Origin: Octopus vulgaris
Lineage: Eukaryota
NCBI GenBank assembly: GCA_951406725.2
Contig: CATOCA020000001.1
Coordinates: forward strand, 1,488,001 to 1,552,000
DNA length: 64,000 nucleotides
Direction of reading: 5' to 3'
A program made the translations under genes and the position numbers. Below are positions 1-11,788 of the stretch, piece after piece; within the stretch, counting starts at the first letter, position 1, and every line of letters begins with the position of its first letter. The notes below the pieces were generated by a model. The model saw only the letters and a list, made by a program, of their open reading frames with translations. It was not told where the DNA came from and made no database searches.

Positions 1-129
1 CTGTCTCTTACCTTTGATCGCTCTGGGCCTCCAAATCTCATCTACCATCGCCTTCTCCCCTTTAGCTTCACTAACGCCCATCTCTTTCATCCGTCTTTTT
101 ATTGATGATACCATGCATTAGAATATTGC

Positions 130-427
130 TTACACATTTTGTCATAAGGCGAGTAATGTCGGCGGAAGGGTAAGTCGATTGTATCGACCCCAGTGCTCAA
201 CGGGTGGAACTTATGTTATCGATCCTGAAATAATGAAAAGCAAAATCGACCTCGGCGGAATTTGAACTCAGAAAAAATTAAGACAGACGAGATGTCGCAA
301 AGTTGCCTTATATTCTTAGTTATTGTTCTGTAACTAAATCGATTGCATTTTCGAAGCCCTTCTGCAGAAAAACAATCCCCTCTTCAAATCAACTAAATTT
401 GGATGTATTGAGTTTTATACTTATGCA

Positions 428-477
<50 letters not shown>

Positions 478-780
478 TATATATATATGTACACAGACAC
501 AGAGGCAGCATACATAAACATATGTGACATAGCGTAGTAATTCATTGTAATGAAATCGAAGAGAGACCGTTATAATGTTGTTTCTGGTTTCGGCACAATG
601 CCGGGAATTGCTTCTGTGTAAGGTGGACAGTCGGTTAATTCATCCTCAGAACCGAAGAGGTATGATTGGTAAAGGTGACCCTGGCAGGATTTCAATCAGA
701 ACATAAAGACCCCAGTGAAATCCTGCAAAGCATTTTGTTTGAAATGATAGCACCTTTGCCATTTCATCGCCCATTTTATT
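130..780 (+). mobile_element. Degenerate SINE-core repeats (also ~12255-12410, 14225-14370, 36740-36860, 42475-42690, 44280-44660, 56640-56850)
   Basis: Recurrent gatgaaaggcaaagtcgacctcggcggaatttgaactcagaac-like core. Confidence 0.75.
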
Positions 781-1439
781 AGAAATATTCAAAGTTATAA
801 AGGAACACCAACTCTAAATCCATTTATTGTGTTCACTCGATCACTATTTATAAATGGTAACTGAGAAAACTTTGTGTTAGTCGTATTTCATTGGAATGCT
901 TATATAAACATTCCATCATTCTAAAATTAATATAATGTTTCATGTTCCCTATATATTCTATGAGCGGTGCTACTGCCGTGTTTGTCGTACAAGGGCGTCG
1001 CCATCAAAAGTGTTTAGGTTATCTTTATAATTCCCAATAATTTGAAAGTAGAATTAGAAATGAAGTACACCATCGTACTATTTATCAAGACTTGTTTCCT
1101 TTTAAACTCTTCTATATCTTATACTAAAACTAAGAACTTGGAAGAAAAATCTTAAAATCCGAAAAACAAAAAAATACTTTTAATTTTGAATTAAATAAAA
1201 TAAATGTTTATCGCTAAACAAATTGAAACATAAATGCTATAAATAGAATTTAAAAAAGTTAAGGAACGCTATTGATTTTGTAAAATTGATGTTTGCAGTT
1301 TTGTCAAATATCAAATATCTTTTTGTTCTGCTCTAAAAATATTATGTAGAAGAAATCTAGCACTTGGATATCTCACTGAATGATGGATCGGGGCACTGAG
1401 TATGGCAATGTATATATGTATGACATTATTTGGTTTTAT

Positions 1440-2630
1440 TTCAAGAAGTTTTGCCTGTAGAGAAAGCGCCGGTTTCTAACCTAGGTCCAAGGCTCCTTCA
1501 TTGGAATTACAACATTAACAACAGGGTATTTTTGTTTGTTTGTATGTATTTATATGTGCAGATTTGTATGATTTGTACTCTGTATGTATACTCATGCATA
1601 TAGTTGCATATCTAGGCATGCTGATATATATTTAAATGCTAAACTTCTGGAAAGTTTTACGGATTTCTACAGTTCCAGTGATGGTTTGGATCTGTATTTT
1701 TCGAATTAGCTTTCTCCTTTCTGGTTTTGAGAAGCCGAATTTCTCAAGATCGTTATTTAGGCAGGGTTGTTACATATCCAATAATTACAGGTATAAATCT
1801 GAACTTGTATTTTGGTTAGTGTAACTTCAGATTTCTCAATAGTTCAGTATAGGTGTTCTCTTTTTCATTGATCTTCATCTTTAAGTTAACATCCGCCGGA
1901 CAGCAATTTCCACAACTGTACACAGTTTCTCTTCTCTATCCCAAATCGTTATATCAGGTCTACTGTGCTTATATTCCACTAGTACTCCTTTTTATTATTA
2001 GTAGCTATGTCTTCTACCATAATGTGGGTTCTTATTTCTTTGTCCTCGGTGTTACCCTTCCAATGAATTTCATCACAGTGTGACCTTGCTACCACATCAT
2101 GCCTCATCGGTAGATTATACTGTGATAATATTTTCAGACAACTGCTTGTGAATGATTGATGTGTTCGGTGTTAACCCCACAAAATCTGCACCAGAAGAAC
2201 ATTTTACTACTCTTCCTGCATCTCTATCGCTTTTGTGCTGTAGGTATTTGGTTGATATTTTCTGTTTCCGAAATGCAAACGGATACCTTCAAAGTGGGAG
2301 GTAGTAATCCGGATATTGGCCCATCATAGATCGCTTTGATGATCAGTGTTACTATCATAATGGAGCCTTCTAGAAATATATCCATGAATAATCTTCTGCT
2401 GATATATACTCATCGTTTCCACCAATGATACGTAGAGATAGAGTCTCACAACTTCTACGGGTATGCATTTCAGGTTATCTGACAAATAATGCTGCTCAAG
2501 GAGTTACCTTCCAAGTCTTATATCATCAGCCTCATCTATGCAAACTTGGTCAAGGTTAAGAGGTGTTGCTGAAGGGATAGGATACGACATTCAAAGGCAA
2601 TCTGGATTGATGTTAAGCCTCTGGCAGACA
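1440..2630 (-). mobile_element. 3' part of RLE-type non-LTR retrotransposon, degenerate
   Basis: Minus strand gives RGLTSIQIAFECRI near 2620 and an RLE-type C-terminus (...RKIQIQTITGTVEIRKTFQKF) near 1640-1700. Homologous to 54065-55190. Confidence 0.7.
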
Positions 2631-2884
2631 TGTATGTATGTGTGTATGTATATATCCATATGTGTCTGTGTATGTATACATATATATGTGTGTGTAGATA
2701 TATATATGTGTGTGTATATATATGTATGTATATATGTATGTAAGTATGAGTGTATGTATGTATGTTTGTGTATGTTTGTCTGTCTGTCTGTATGTATATA
2801 TATTCATGTGTGTGTGTATGTATATATATGTGTGTGTATATATATGTGTGTGTATGTATATATGTATATATGTATGTTTGTGTT

Positions 2885-5800
2885 ACGTCAGGTCACTTTC
2901 GAGTGCTACTGGTAACATGTAACCCAGTACAACCTATTGCATGGTCGGCTCGTCGGCGACTAAAGCGGCAATCTCACCAAGCAAGCTTGGTGAGGAGGGT
3001 GTTTATTGGACACCCTGCAGGATGTAAAACAAAACCCGTCAAAGGGCGGAGGAACTCTTGAGAGTCAACGGCCATCCAATAAATGTCTTAAGGCTGTATC
3101 ATGCGCGTGCACATAGAAAAAATCGGACTGAATACCCGATCGCGTGGTTAAACCATTGGGAGTGAATGACTCCTAGCCTTTGTTAGGGCATCTTTCTAGG
3201 AGAAGGTAACTCAGGTAACTGGGATAACTCCGACATAAAACCTGCGGCTCAGTGGTTACCGATGATGTTGACTTGTTCTTCTTTTCGGATTATGGTTGCT
3301 GTTGCTTAGTGAGTGGGATTGACTCAGTGCACAGCCTTTCCTCACATTTAAAAAAAGAATCTTCTAGCACAGGCATTGTACGATAACTACACTGGATTGA
3401 TTAAACTAATTCATGATTGTTGATAGTGCTGTGAGTCTCAACTGCATGGCTGGCAGTAGGCTTAAAAAGCAAAAAATCAATGATGTACCAAAACAGTATA
3501 AAAATGAATGGCAGTAAGGACTCTGGGACCACATCAGCTGAAAGAGTCTGGCCCGGCAGGGGCTCCAGAGCATCACAGACTGAACCCGGCCGTCATCATG
3601 CTACTGTCATAGAACCAAAGAAAATAGTGAATATCGGCTGTTGGAATGTACGGACACTACTTGACCGCAAGTCCACTGAATGTCCTGAAAGAAGGACTGC
3701 GCTTGTTGCGAAGGAGCTTCAACGCTATGATCTTGACATCGTTGCTTTATCTGAGACGAGATTACCTGGAGATGGTCATCTTACAGAATCTCGTGGAAAA
3801 TATACATTCTTTTGGAAAGGGTGGAATGAAGAGTTTAGAGGAGAAGCTGGAGTGGCATTTGCTGTTAAGACTACTCTTGTGGACAAGTTGGAAGAATTAC
3901 CAATCGGAATTAACGAGCGTCTTATGTCCATGAGAATTCCTTTGGCTAAAGGAAATTATATGACCTTGGTGAGTGTGTATGCCCCAACTAAGTGCTATAC
4001 TGATGACGAAAAACTTTCTTTCTACCATGCTTTGAAGGGCATTATAAGAAATATCCCTCGGGCAGACAAAGTCATCGTACTGGGTGACTTTAATGCTAGA
4101 GTGGGTAGAGATTTTAACACATGGACTGTAATTGGAAAGCATGGGGTGGGGAAGTGTAATAGTAATGGCATGCATTTGCTGCAGATGTGTGAGGAGCTGA
4201 GTCTGTGTTACCAATACCATGCTTCAACAAAATAATAAGCTTAAGACTACATGGATGCACCCTGCATCTAAATAATGGCATATTCTGGATTACAGCCTAG
4301 TTAGGGTGTGTGACAGACAGGATGTGCAGTGTGTTTGTGTTCTTCGTGGAGCTGAGTGTTGGAGTGACCACCGCCTAGTACGCGCAAAAGTGAAATTAGT
4401 CACAAAACATAAAATCCGAGCTGCAGGGATGACAACTGAATGTTGATCGTCTTAGGTATAATAGTGTGAAGAGTACTTTACGAGAGGAAATGAATGCTGC
4501 AGATATTAGGGAGGATTGGCCGACCCTTAAAATGTCAGTTTATAAAGTCAGCTTATGATATAGGCAAGAAAGTTCTGGGATTGACACAAAGAAAGCATCA
4601 AGATTGGTTCAAAGAAAATGATGAACATATAGATGATTTATTGGCTGATAAAAGGCGTACTTTGTCACGCTATTTGTAAGCAAAGCCACAGGAAAGGGAA
4701 GTGTTGCATGGGGAACTCAAGGACGTAAAATAACGTGTGAGGCAAAAGCTCTCTCAGATGAGGGATACGTGGTGGGGTAAGAAGGCTGATGAGATACAGG
4801 CGGAATCAGATTCCAATAACACAAAGCTGTTGTATGGTCTCTTGCGAGAAGTTTATGGACCGACGTCTTCCCTGATGACACCACTTCGAAGCAGGGATGG
4901 TAAAGAACTTCTTTGTGATTCACAAGGAATTCTGCGAAGGTGGCAAGAACACTTTAATGAACTTTTGAATCAACAGTCTGTAGTTAGTGAGGATGTTCTC
5001 AATCTCATCCCTAGATTGCCTGTGAAGGCAGCACTCGCGGAACCAGCAAAGTTAAAAGAAGTTGCAATAGCTGTCTCAAGGTTGAACAATGGGAAGTCTC
5101 CAGGTATGGATGGCATACATGCGGAGTTGTTACAGCATGGTGGTGAGAAACTTCTGCAGAAACTTCACTGTTTGTTTGGTAAGATATGGACTAGTGAATC
5201 TGTACCTGAGGACTGGAGAGATGCAGTAATGGTGGTCCTGTATAAGGGAAAGGGCAACAGGAATGATTGTGGTAATTATAGGGGAGTACCATTGCTGTCT
5301 GCTGTAGGAAAGGTTTTATGCAGGATACTTGTGGATCGTCTGCTGAAATACATTGCAGACTGTGTTCTTCCAGAAGTCAATCTGGCTTTCGTGTGGGACG
5401 TGGCACTGCTGATATGATCTTTTCAGCTAGACAGCTTCAGGAAAAGTGTGTGGAACAGGGTCTGGATTTGTATCACTTTTTTGTCGATCTGACAAAAGCC
5501 TTTGATACTGTCAATAGAAAAGCATTGTGGAAAGTTCTCCAGAAACTTGGGTGTCCTGAAAAGTACCTTGCTTTGGTTTGGTTAGATCTTTTCATGAAGA
5601 CATGAATGGTAGGGTGAATGTTAGAGGGAAAATGTCGGAGCCCATTTCAATACAAAATGGAGTGAAACAGGGGGATATTCTGACACCGACCCTATTTTCC
5701 ATATATTTCGCGATGGTGTCCTGTATTGCATTCAGAAACTGCAGATACGGTGTTTACGCCCATTATCGAACCTCTGGCAGCATATTTAATATCAGGCGCC

Positions 5801-7020
5801 TTGCTGCAAAAACAAAGATATTTACCTCTATCATAAGAGACCTATTGTATGCTGATGATTGTGAGCTAGTAGCACACATAGAGATTGATATGCAACACGT
5901 TTTGAATGCATTCTCTGATGCTTGCACAGCCTCAGGATTGACAGTCAATTTCAAGAAAACTGATGTCATGCATCAACCTGCCCCTGGTAAGCAGTATAGT
6001 GTACCAAATATCTATGTGAATGGTAACGACTTGATGTAGTCGATCAGTTTGTCTACCTGGGAAGCACTATTATTAGATATGGCAATGTGGATGATGAAAT
6101 TCCATATAGAATTAGGAAAGCAAGTGTTGCTTTCGAAAGGCTAGAAAAGCGCCTCTGGAGTCGGCGAGACATATGCAGAAAGACAAAGATAAAGGTGTAC
6201 AAGGCATGTGTGCTCCCTTTTATTCTCTATGCCTGCGAGACGTGGGTCGCATATCGATACCACCTTAAACAACTGGAACGTTTCCATCAGATGTGCCTCA
6301 GACGGATCTATGGCATTAAGTGGAAGGACCGCATCAGTGATCTTGAAATACTCGAAGGCTCTCGGTGTGAAAGTATAGAAGATCTTGTGTTAAAGCAAAG
6401 GCTCAGATGGATTAGCTAAAGGAGAACGACCTCCACATTAACCAAAAAAGAGATATAAGGACTTGCTGAAGACTTCCTTAAGAGATGCTTGCATCTCTCC
6501 TGACACATGGGAAGGCATTGATCGTAGCAGGTGGAGAAGGATTGTGCCTGAGGGGAGAAGCCACTTTTGAGAAATCTCGAGTTGCACATGAGAAAGTAAG
6601 GAGGGATGTCAGGAAAGGCATCGCTGTTACACTTCCAGAAGGGAAGGGTCTTCCTTTGATTCTGACCCTGCCTCAGTAAAGCTGGACTCATGAGTCATCA
6701 TCGTAGTCATAAAACGAGACAGATGAGTGACAACCTGGCCACTGGTGGTGGTGTAACAAACCATACTAATCATATCTGTCGGGCATGTGGAAGAGAGTGT
6801 AATTCAGCAGGAGGACTTAAACGACATGCAAAGGTACATGAAGCCCAGTTGCAACTACAGTCGGCTGTTACCAGAAAAGGTTATAGCTGCCAATTCTGTA
6901 CAAGACGTTGTAGATCTTTGGCTGGGCTAAAACGTCACATTCGATCACAGAACCAGTAACAGTTAGGCTTCGTGCTATGGCCATACTCGATAAAAAGGGG
7001 GCTGCCATAAAAGTAAGTAC
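2885..7020 (+). mobile_element. Near-full-length, disrupted RTE-clade LINE (5'UTR, APE, RT, C-terminal C2H2 fingers, (TATG)n tail)
   Basis: APE motifs GCWNVRTL, LSETR, LGDFNARVG and SDH. RT motifs KSPGMDGI, NYRG, FVDLTKAFD, GVKQG and LYADD. Zinc fingers CRACGRECNSAGGLKRHAKVH and CQFCTRRCRSLAGLKRH. Several frameshifts and stops. Confidence 0.93.
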
Positions 7021-7849
7021 TGTATGTATGTATATACACATGTATGCATGTATATGCTTGTATGCAACTAAGTATGTGTGTAGGTTTGTAATGTATGCAT
7101 GTATTTATATACGTATGTATGTGTGTATGTATGTGTGTATATGTAGAAATGCATGTGTATGTATATATGTATAGATGCATACTTGCATGTAGGTGCCTAT
7201 GTATGTATCCATGCTCGTATGTATGCATCTATGAGCATATGTATGTGTGTCTGTACACATGTATGTACATATATATGTGTGTACGTATGGACGTATATAT
7301 GTATGACTGTGTTTATGCATGTATGTTTAAATGTATGTAACTATGTATCTGCGTACGTATGTCTGCGTGTATGTATTTATGTATGTATGCATGCGTGTAC
7401 GTACATATGTGTGTGTGTTTATGAATGTATGTGCATATGTATGTATATATCTATGTGCGTATGTACGTATGTATGTATGTATGTAGCAAGCGTATATGTA
7501 TGTACGTATATACGTTCGTATATATGTATGTGTGTACATATGTGTGCATGTATGTGTGTATGTAAGATTGCATGTTTTTGTGTATATGTATGTGTGTGTA
7601 TGTATATGTGTATGTATTTGTGCATATGTGTATGTGTGCATATATGTATGTATATATATGTGTATATATACATGTATTTGTGTATGTATGAGTGTATGTA
7701 TCTATATGTGTGTGTGTATGTACGTATGTATGCATATGTATATGTATGTGTGTATATATGTTTGTATGTATATGTGTATGTATGTGGATATGTGTGTACG
7801 TTCTTATGTATGTATGTTTGTATGAATGTATGTATGTATGTACGTACGA

Positions 7850-8345
7850 CGCTGTGTCAAAAAGTATTGCCATTTTGTTTAGGAAAGGTATAATTATCAA
7901 CACAGGAACATGTATCATACATCAAAATGAATCTTGGCCCCAGTGGATCACATCCTACTCTTTAATATAGTTACCGTTTGTCTCAAAATCAATGTTCCTT
8001 CTTCGAATGAGAGCATTTATTCCTGCCCTGTTAAATTCTGTTGAATGTTCTTTGAGCCACTTCTTCACCACAGTGCATACTTCCTCGTCACTGGTATAAT
8101 GTTTGCCTCTCAAACTCTCTTTTGATGCGCCGAAGAGATTATAGTCTGAGGTGGTAAATCTGGTGAGTGTGGAGGTAATGAAGAAATGACTCAAAGAACA
8201 TTCAATCGAATTTTATGGGGCTGGGATACATGCAGTCATTTGATGGTGGAACATTGCTTTTGAGAGAAACGGCAACTATGTTGTGGAGTAGGGATGTGAT
8301 CCACTGAGGACCAGCTTCACTTTTATGTATGATACATGTTCATGG
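7850..8345. mobile_element. Mariner 3' ends in inverted (fold-back) arrangement
   Basis: SDYNLF...GINALIRRR...NGNY on the minus strand; 7903-8070 is the diverged reverse complement of 8178-8341. Confidence 0.75.
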
Positions 8346-8377
8346 ACGGCCATCTTGTTAATCTGTCTCACTGTCTA

Positions 8378-8414
<37 letters not shown>

Positions 8415-8423
8415 ATGTATGTA

Positions 8424-8925
8424 TGTCGCTCTTGAGTGCTACTGGGAACATATAACCCAGTACAACATGTTTCATGATCGGGTCGTCGGCGACTGAACTG
8501 GCAACCCCACCAGGCTTGCTTGGTGACGAGGATGTTGTTGGACACTCTGCTGGATGCAAAATAAGACTCGTGAAATGGCGCATGTACTCATGAACTGTCA
8601 ATTTCTTTATTAGCCATATAAGGTTAAGAAAATGGGGTGATGATGCATGGAGAGACAAAACAAATATTGTGGTCAAAGTATCGAATGATCCGCTGACGAA
8701 CGTATGAAGATTGCAAATCCAACGGAGGCCTCAAGCGACATTTTAAGACCTACAAACAGCAGAATTTATCTGCAGGTCTTGGTGGCCCAAATTTGAGGAG
8801 CAATCTATGTGGGTGTCTTTTCAGAATATTCTTTCTTTTGAAAAGCCACATCAGGCACCATAATGGTGCTACGGTGTCGGTAAGGAGGTGGTCAAACTCT
8901 GTATAAGGAGTAGACAACCACCATG
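8424..8925 (+). mobile_element. Short non-autonomous RTE derivative, copy 1
   Basis: First ~180 nt are homologous to the RTE 5'UTR at 2890-3070; ends in (TGTA)n; no coding capacity. Confidence 0.65.
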
Positions 8926-9177
8926 TATGTATGTATGTATGTATGTATGTATGTATGTATGTATGTATGTATGTATGTATGTATGTATGTATGTATGTAT
9001 GCATGTATGTATGTATGTATGTATGTATGTATGTATGCATGTATGTATGTATGTATGCATGTATGTATGTATGTATGCATGTATGTATGTATGTATGTAT
9101 GTATGTATATATGCATGTATGTATGTATGTATGTATGTATGTATGTATGTATGTATGTATGTATGTATGTATGTATG

Positions 9178-9209
<32 letters not shown>

Positions 9210-9251
9210 TGTATGTATGTATGTATGTATGTATGTATGTATGTATGTATG

Positions 9252-9285
<34 letters not shown>

Positions 9286-9899
9286 TATATGCATATATGT
9301 ATGTATGTAAATATGTTTGTATGTATGTATGTATTTATGTATTTATGCATGTATGCATAATTGAAAGTATATATAAATGTATGTATGTATGTACGAACGT
9401 ATTTATGGATGTAAGAATGCATGCATGTATGGATTTATGTACATACACACATACGTAGGTACATACGTAGATATACATGTACATAAAACATACATATATG
9501 TACCCAGATATCTATATACGTACACGAATAGATATATATACACATACCTACATACATAAGTACATTCACACATACATACATACACACATGTATGTATGTG
9601 TGTATGTATGTAATGTTTGTGTGTATGTGTGTATGTTTATATGTGTGTATGTATGTCTGTATGTATGTATGTAAGTATGTATGTATGAATTTCACGGGGC
9701 TGGGACACGTGCAGTCATTCGATGGTGGAACATTGTTTTTGAGAGAAACGGCAACCATGTTGTGGAGTAGGGATGTGATCCACTGAGGACCAGCTTCATC
9801 TTGATGTATGATAGATGTTCATGGACGGCCATCAAGTCTGTCAGTTTGTCTGTCTGTCTTTCCGTCTGTCTGTCTCTCTGTCTGTCTGTATATATGTAT

Positions 9900-10400
9900 G
9901 TCGCTCTTGAGTGCTACTGGGAACATGTAGCCCAGTACATCCTGCTTCATGATCGGGTCGTCGGCGACTGAACTGGCAACCCCACCAGGCTTGCTTGGTG
10001 ACGAGGATGTTGTTGGACACTCTGCTGGATGCAAAATAAGACTCGTGAAATGGCGCATGTACTCATGAACTGTCAATTTCTTTATTAGCCATATAAGGTT
10101 AAGAAAATGGGGTGATGATGCATGGAGAGACAAAACAAATATTGTGGTCAATGTATCGAATGATCCGCTGACGAACGTATGAAGATTGCAAATCCAACGG
10201 AGGCCTCAAGCGACATTTTAAGACCTACAAACAGCAGAATTTATCTGCAGGTCTTGGTGGCCCAAATCTGAGGAGCAATCTATGTGGGTGTCTTTTCAGA
10301 ATATTCTTTCTTTTGAAAAGCCACATCAGGCACCATAATGGTGCTAAGGTGTCGGTAAGGAGGTGGTTAACCTCTGTATAAGGAGTAGACAACCACCATG
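9900..10400 (+). mobile_element. Short non-autonomous RTE derivative, copy 2
   Basis: Near-identical to 8424-8925. Confidence 0.65.
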
Positions 10401-11026
10401 TATGTATGTATGTATGTATGTATGTATGTATGTATGTATGTATGTATGTATGTACGTATGTATATATGTATGTATGTATGTACGCATGCATGTATGTATG
10501 TATGTATGTATGTAGGTATGTATGTACGTATGTATGTATGTATGTATGTATGTATGTATGTATGTATGAATGTATGTATGAATGTATGTATGCATGTATG
10601 AATGTATTTATGGATGTAAGAATGTATGCATGTATGAATTTATGTACATACACACATACATAGGTACATACGTACTTATACATGTACATAAAAACATGCA
10701 TAAACGCATTGATATATATACACATACATGCATACATAAGTACATTCACACGTACATGCATACACACATGTATGTATGTGTGTATGTATGTATGTGTGTA
10801 TGTATGTATGAATGTGTGTATGTATGTATGTGTGTATGTATGTATGTGTGTATGTATGTCTATATGCATGTATGTATGTATGTATGTATATATGTATGTA
10901 TGCATGTATGTACGTATGTATGTATGTATGTATATATGTTTTTATATATGTATGTATGCATGTGTGTATGTATGTATGTATGTATGTATGTATGTATGTA
11001 TTTATGCATGTATGTATGTATGTATG

Positions 11027-11057
<31 letters not shown>

Positions 11058-11788
11058 GTATGAGTATTTATGCATATATGTGTGTATCTGTGTATTTGAA
11101 AAATTACTTAACCCAAAATTACTTAATACAGCTTTGCATCTGCGAAACATAGAAAAGTTCAGATCATTTATCACTGTTGCGGAGATTTTTTCCCACTTTT
11201 GGCTAATAATGTTAAAAAACATTTCTCCTTATTCTTTGTCTTAATACTTTTCACAGCACTACCCAACCATTCTCAAGGATTTTCGATGGTATTTAGGTCG
11301 GGTGATAGCGCTGGTCACTGCATCAACCAAAATCTCTTAGGTCTGATGTAGTTTCTGACTAGGTTTGTGGTGCCATTCAGCTCGTTCTCTCTTACCCATC
11401 ATAACTATTAGGTAACTTTTAAATTGAAGGACTCTTTAAGATTCACTTAAAAGATCTTTTCTAATATGTGGTAATTTTTCATGCTACAAACAGAAGTCAC
11501 ATTTACCTTACCTTTATGTTAGTCAATAAAGCCAAAAAAAAAAAACTTTGCAAATCATTCTGAAATTACACAAAATAATGTTTATTTTTAATTTTATATT
11601 TATATGTTGAATGTTACGCTGTAAGGTTGTTTACCATATTAAAGCTCGTGAAATTTTCGTTATTTTCATATTCATCTTAATTCACAATTTACAACTTGAA
11701 TATATAAAAACAATTCCATTTTACCATTATTATACGAGCGTTCTTCAATTAGATGGTCCCACCGTATATACTTCATATTCTGACGTTA

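Larger units (their letters stand above)
8210..11090. repeat. Tandem duplication of a ~1.48 kb unit (second unit starts ~9688)
   Basis: Mariner end, RTE derivative and idiosyncratic degenerate microsatellite (9400-9600 vs 10605-10780) are all repeated. Confidence 0.9.

Noticed and set aside
7020-11090. Many MYVC/HTYI ORFs (also 2630-2880, 21560-21800, 25060-25310, 37430-37910, 55250-55480)
   Set aside because: Translations of (TATG)n/(TA)n microsatellites.
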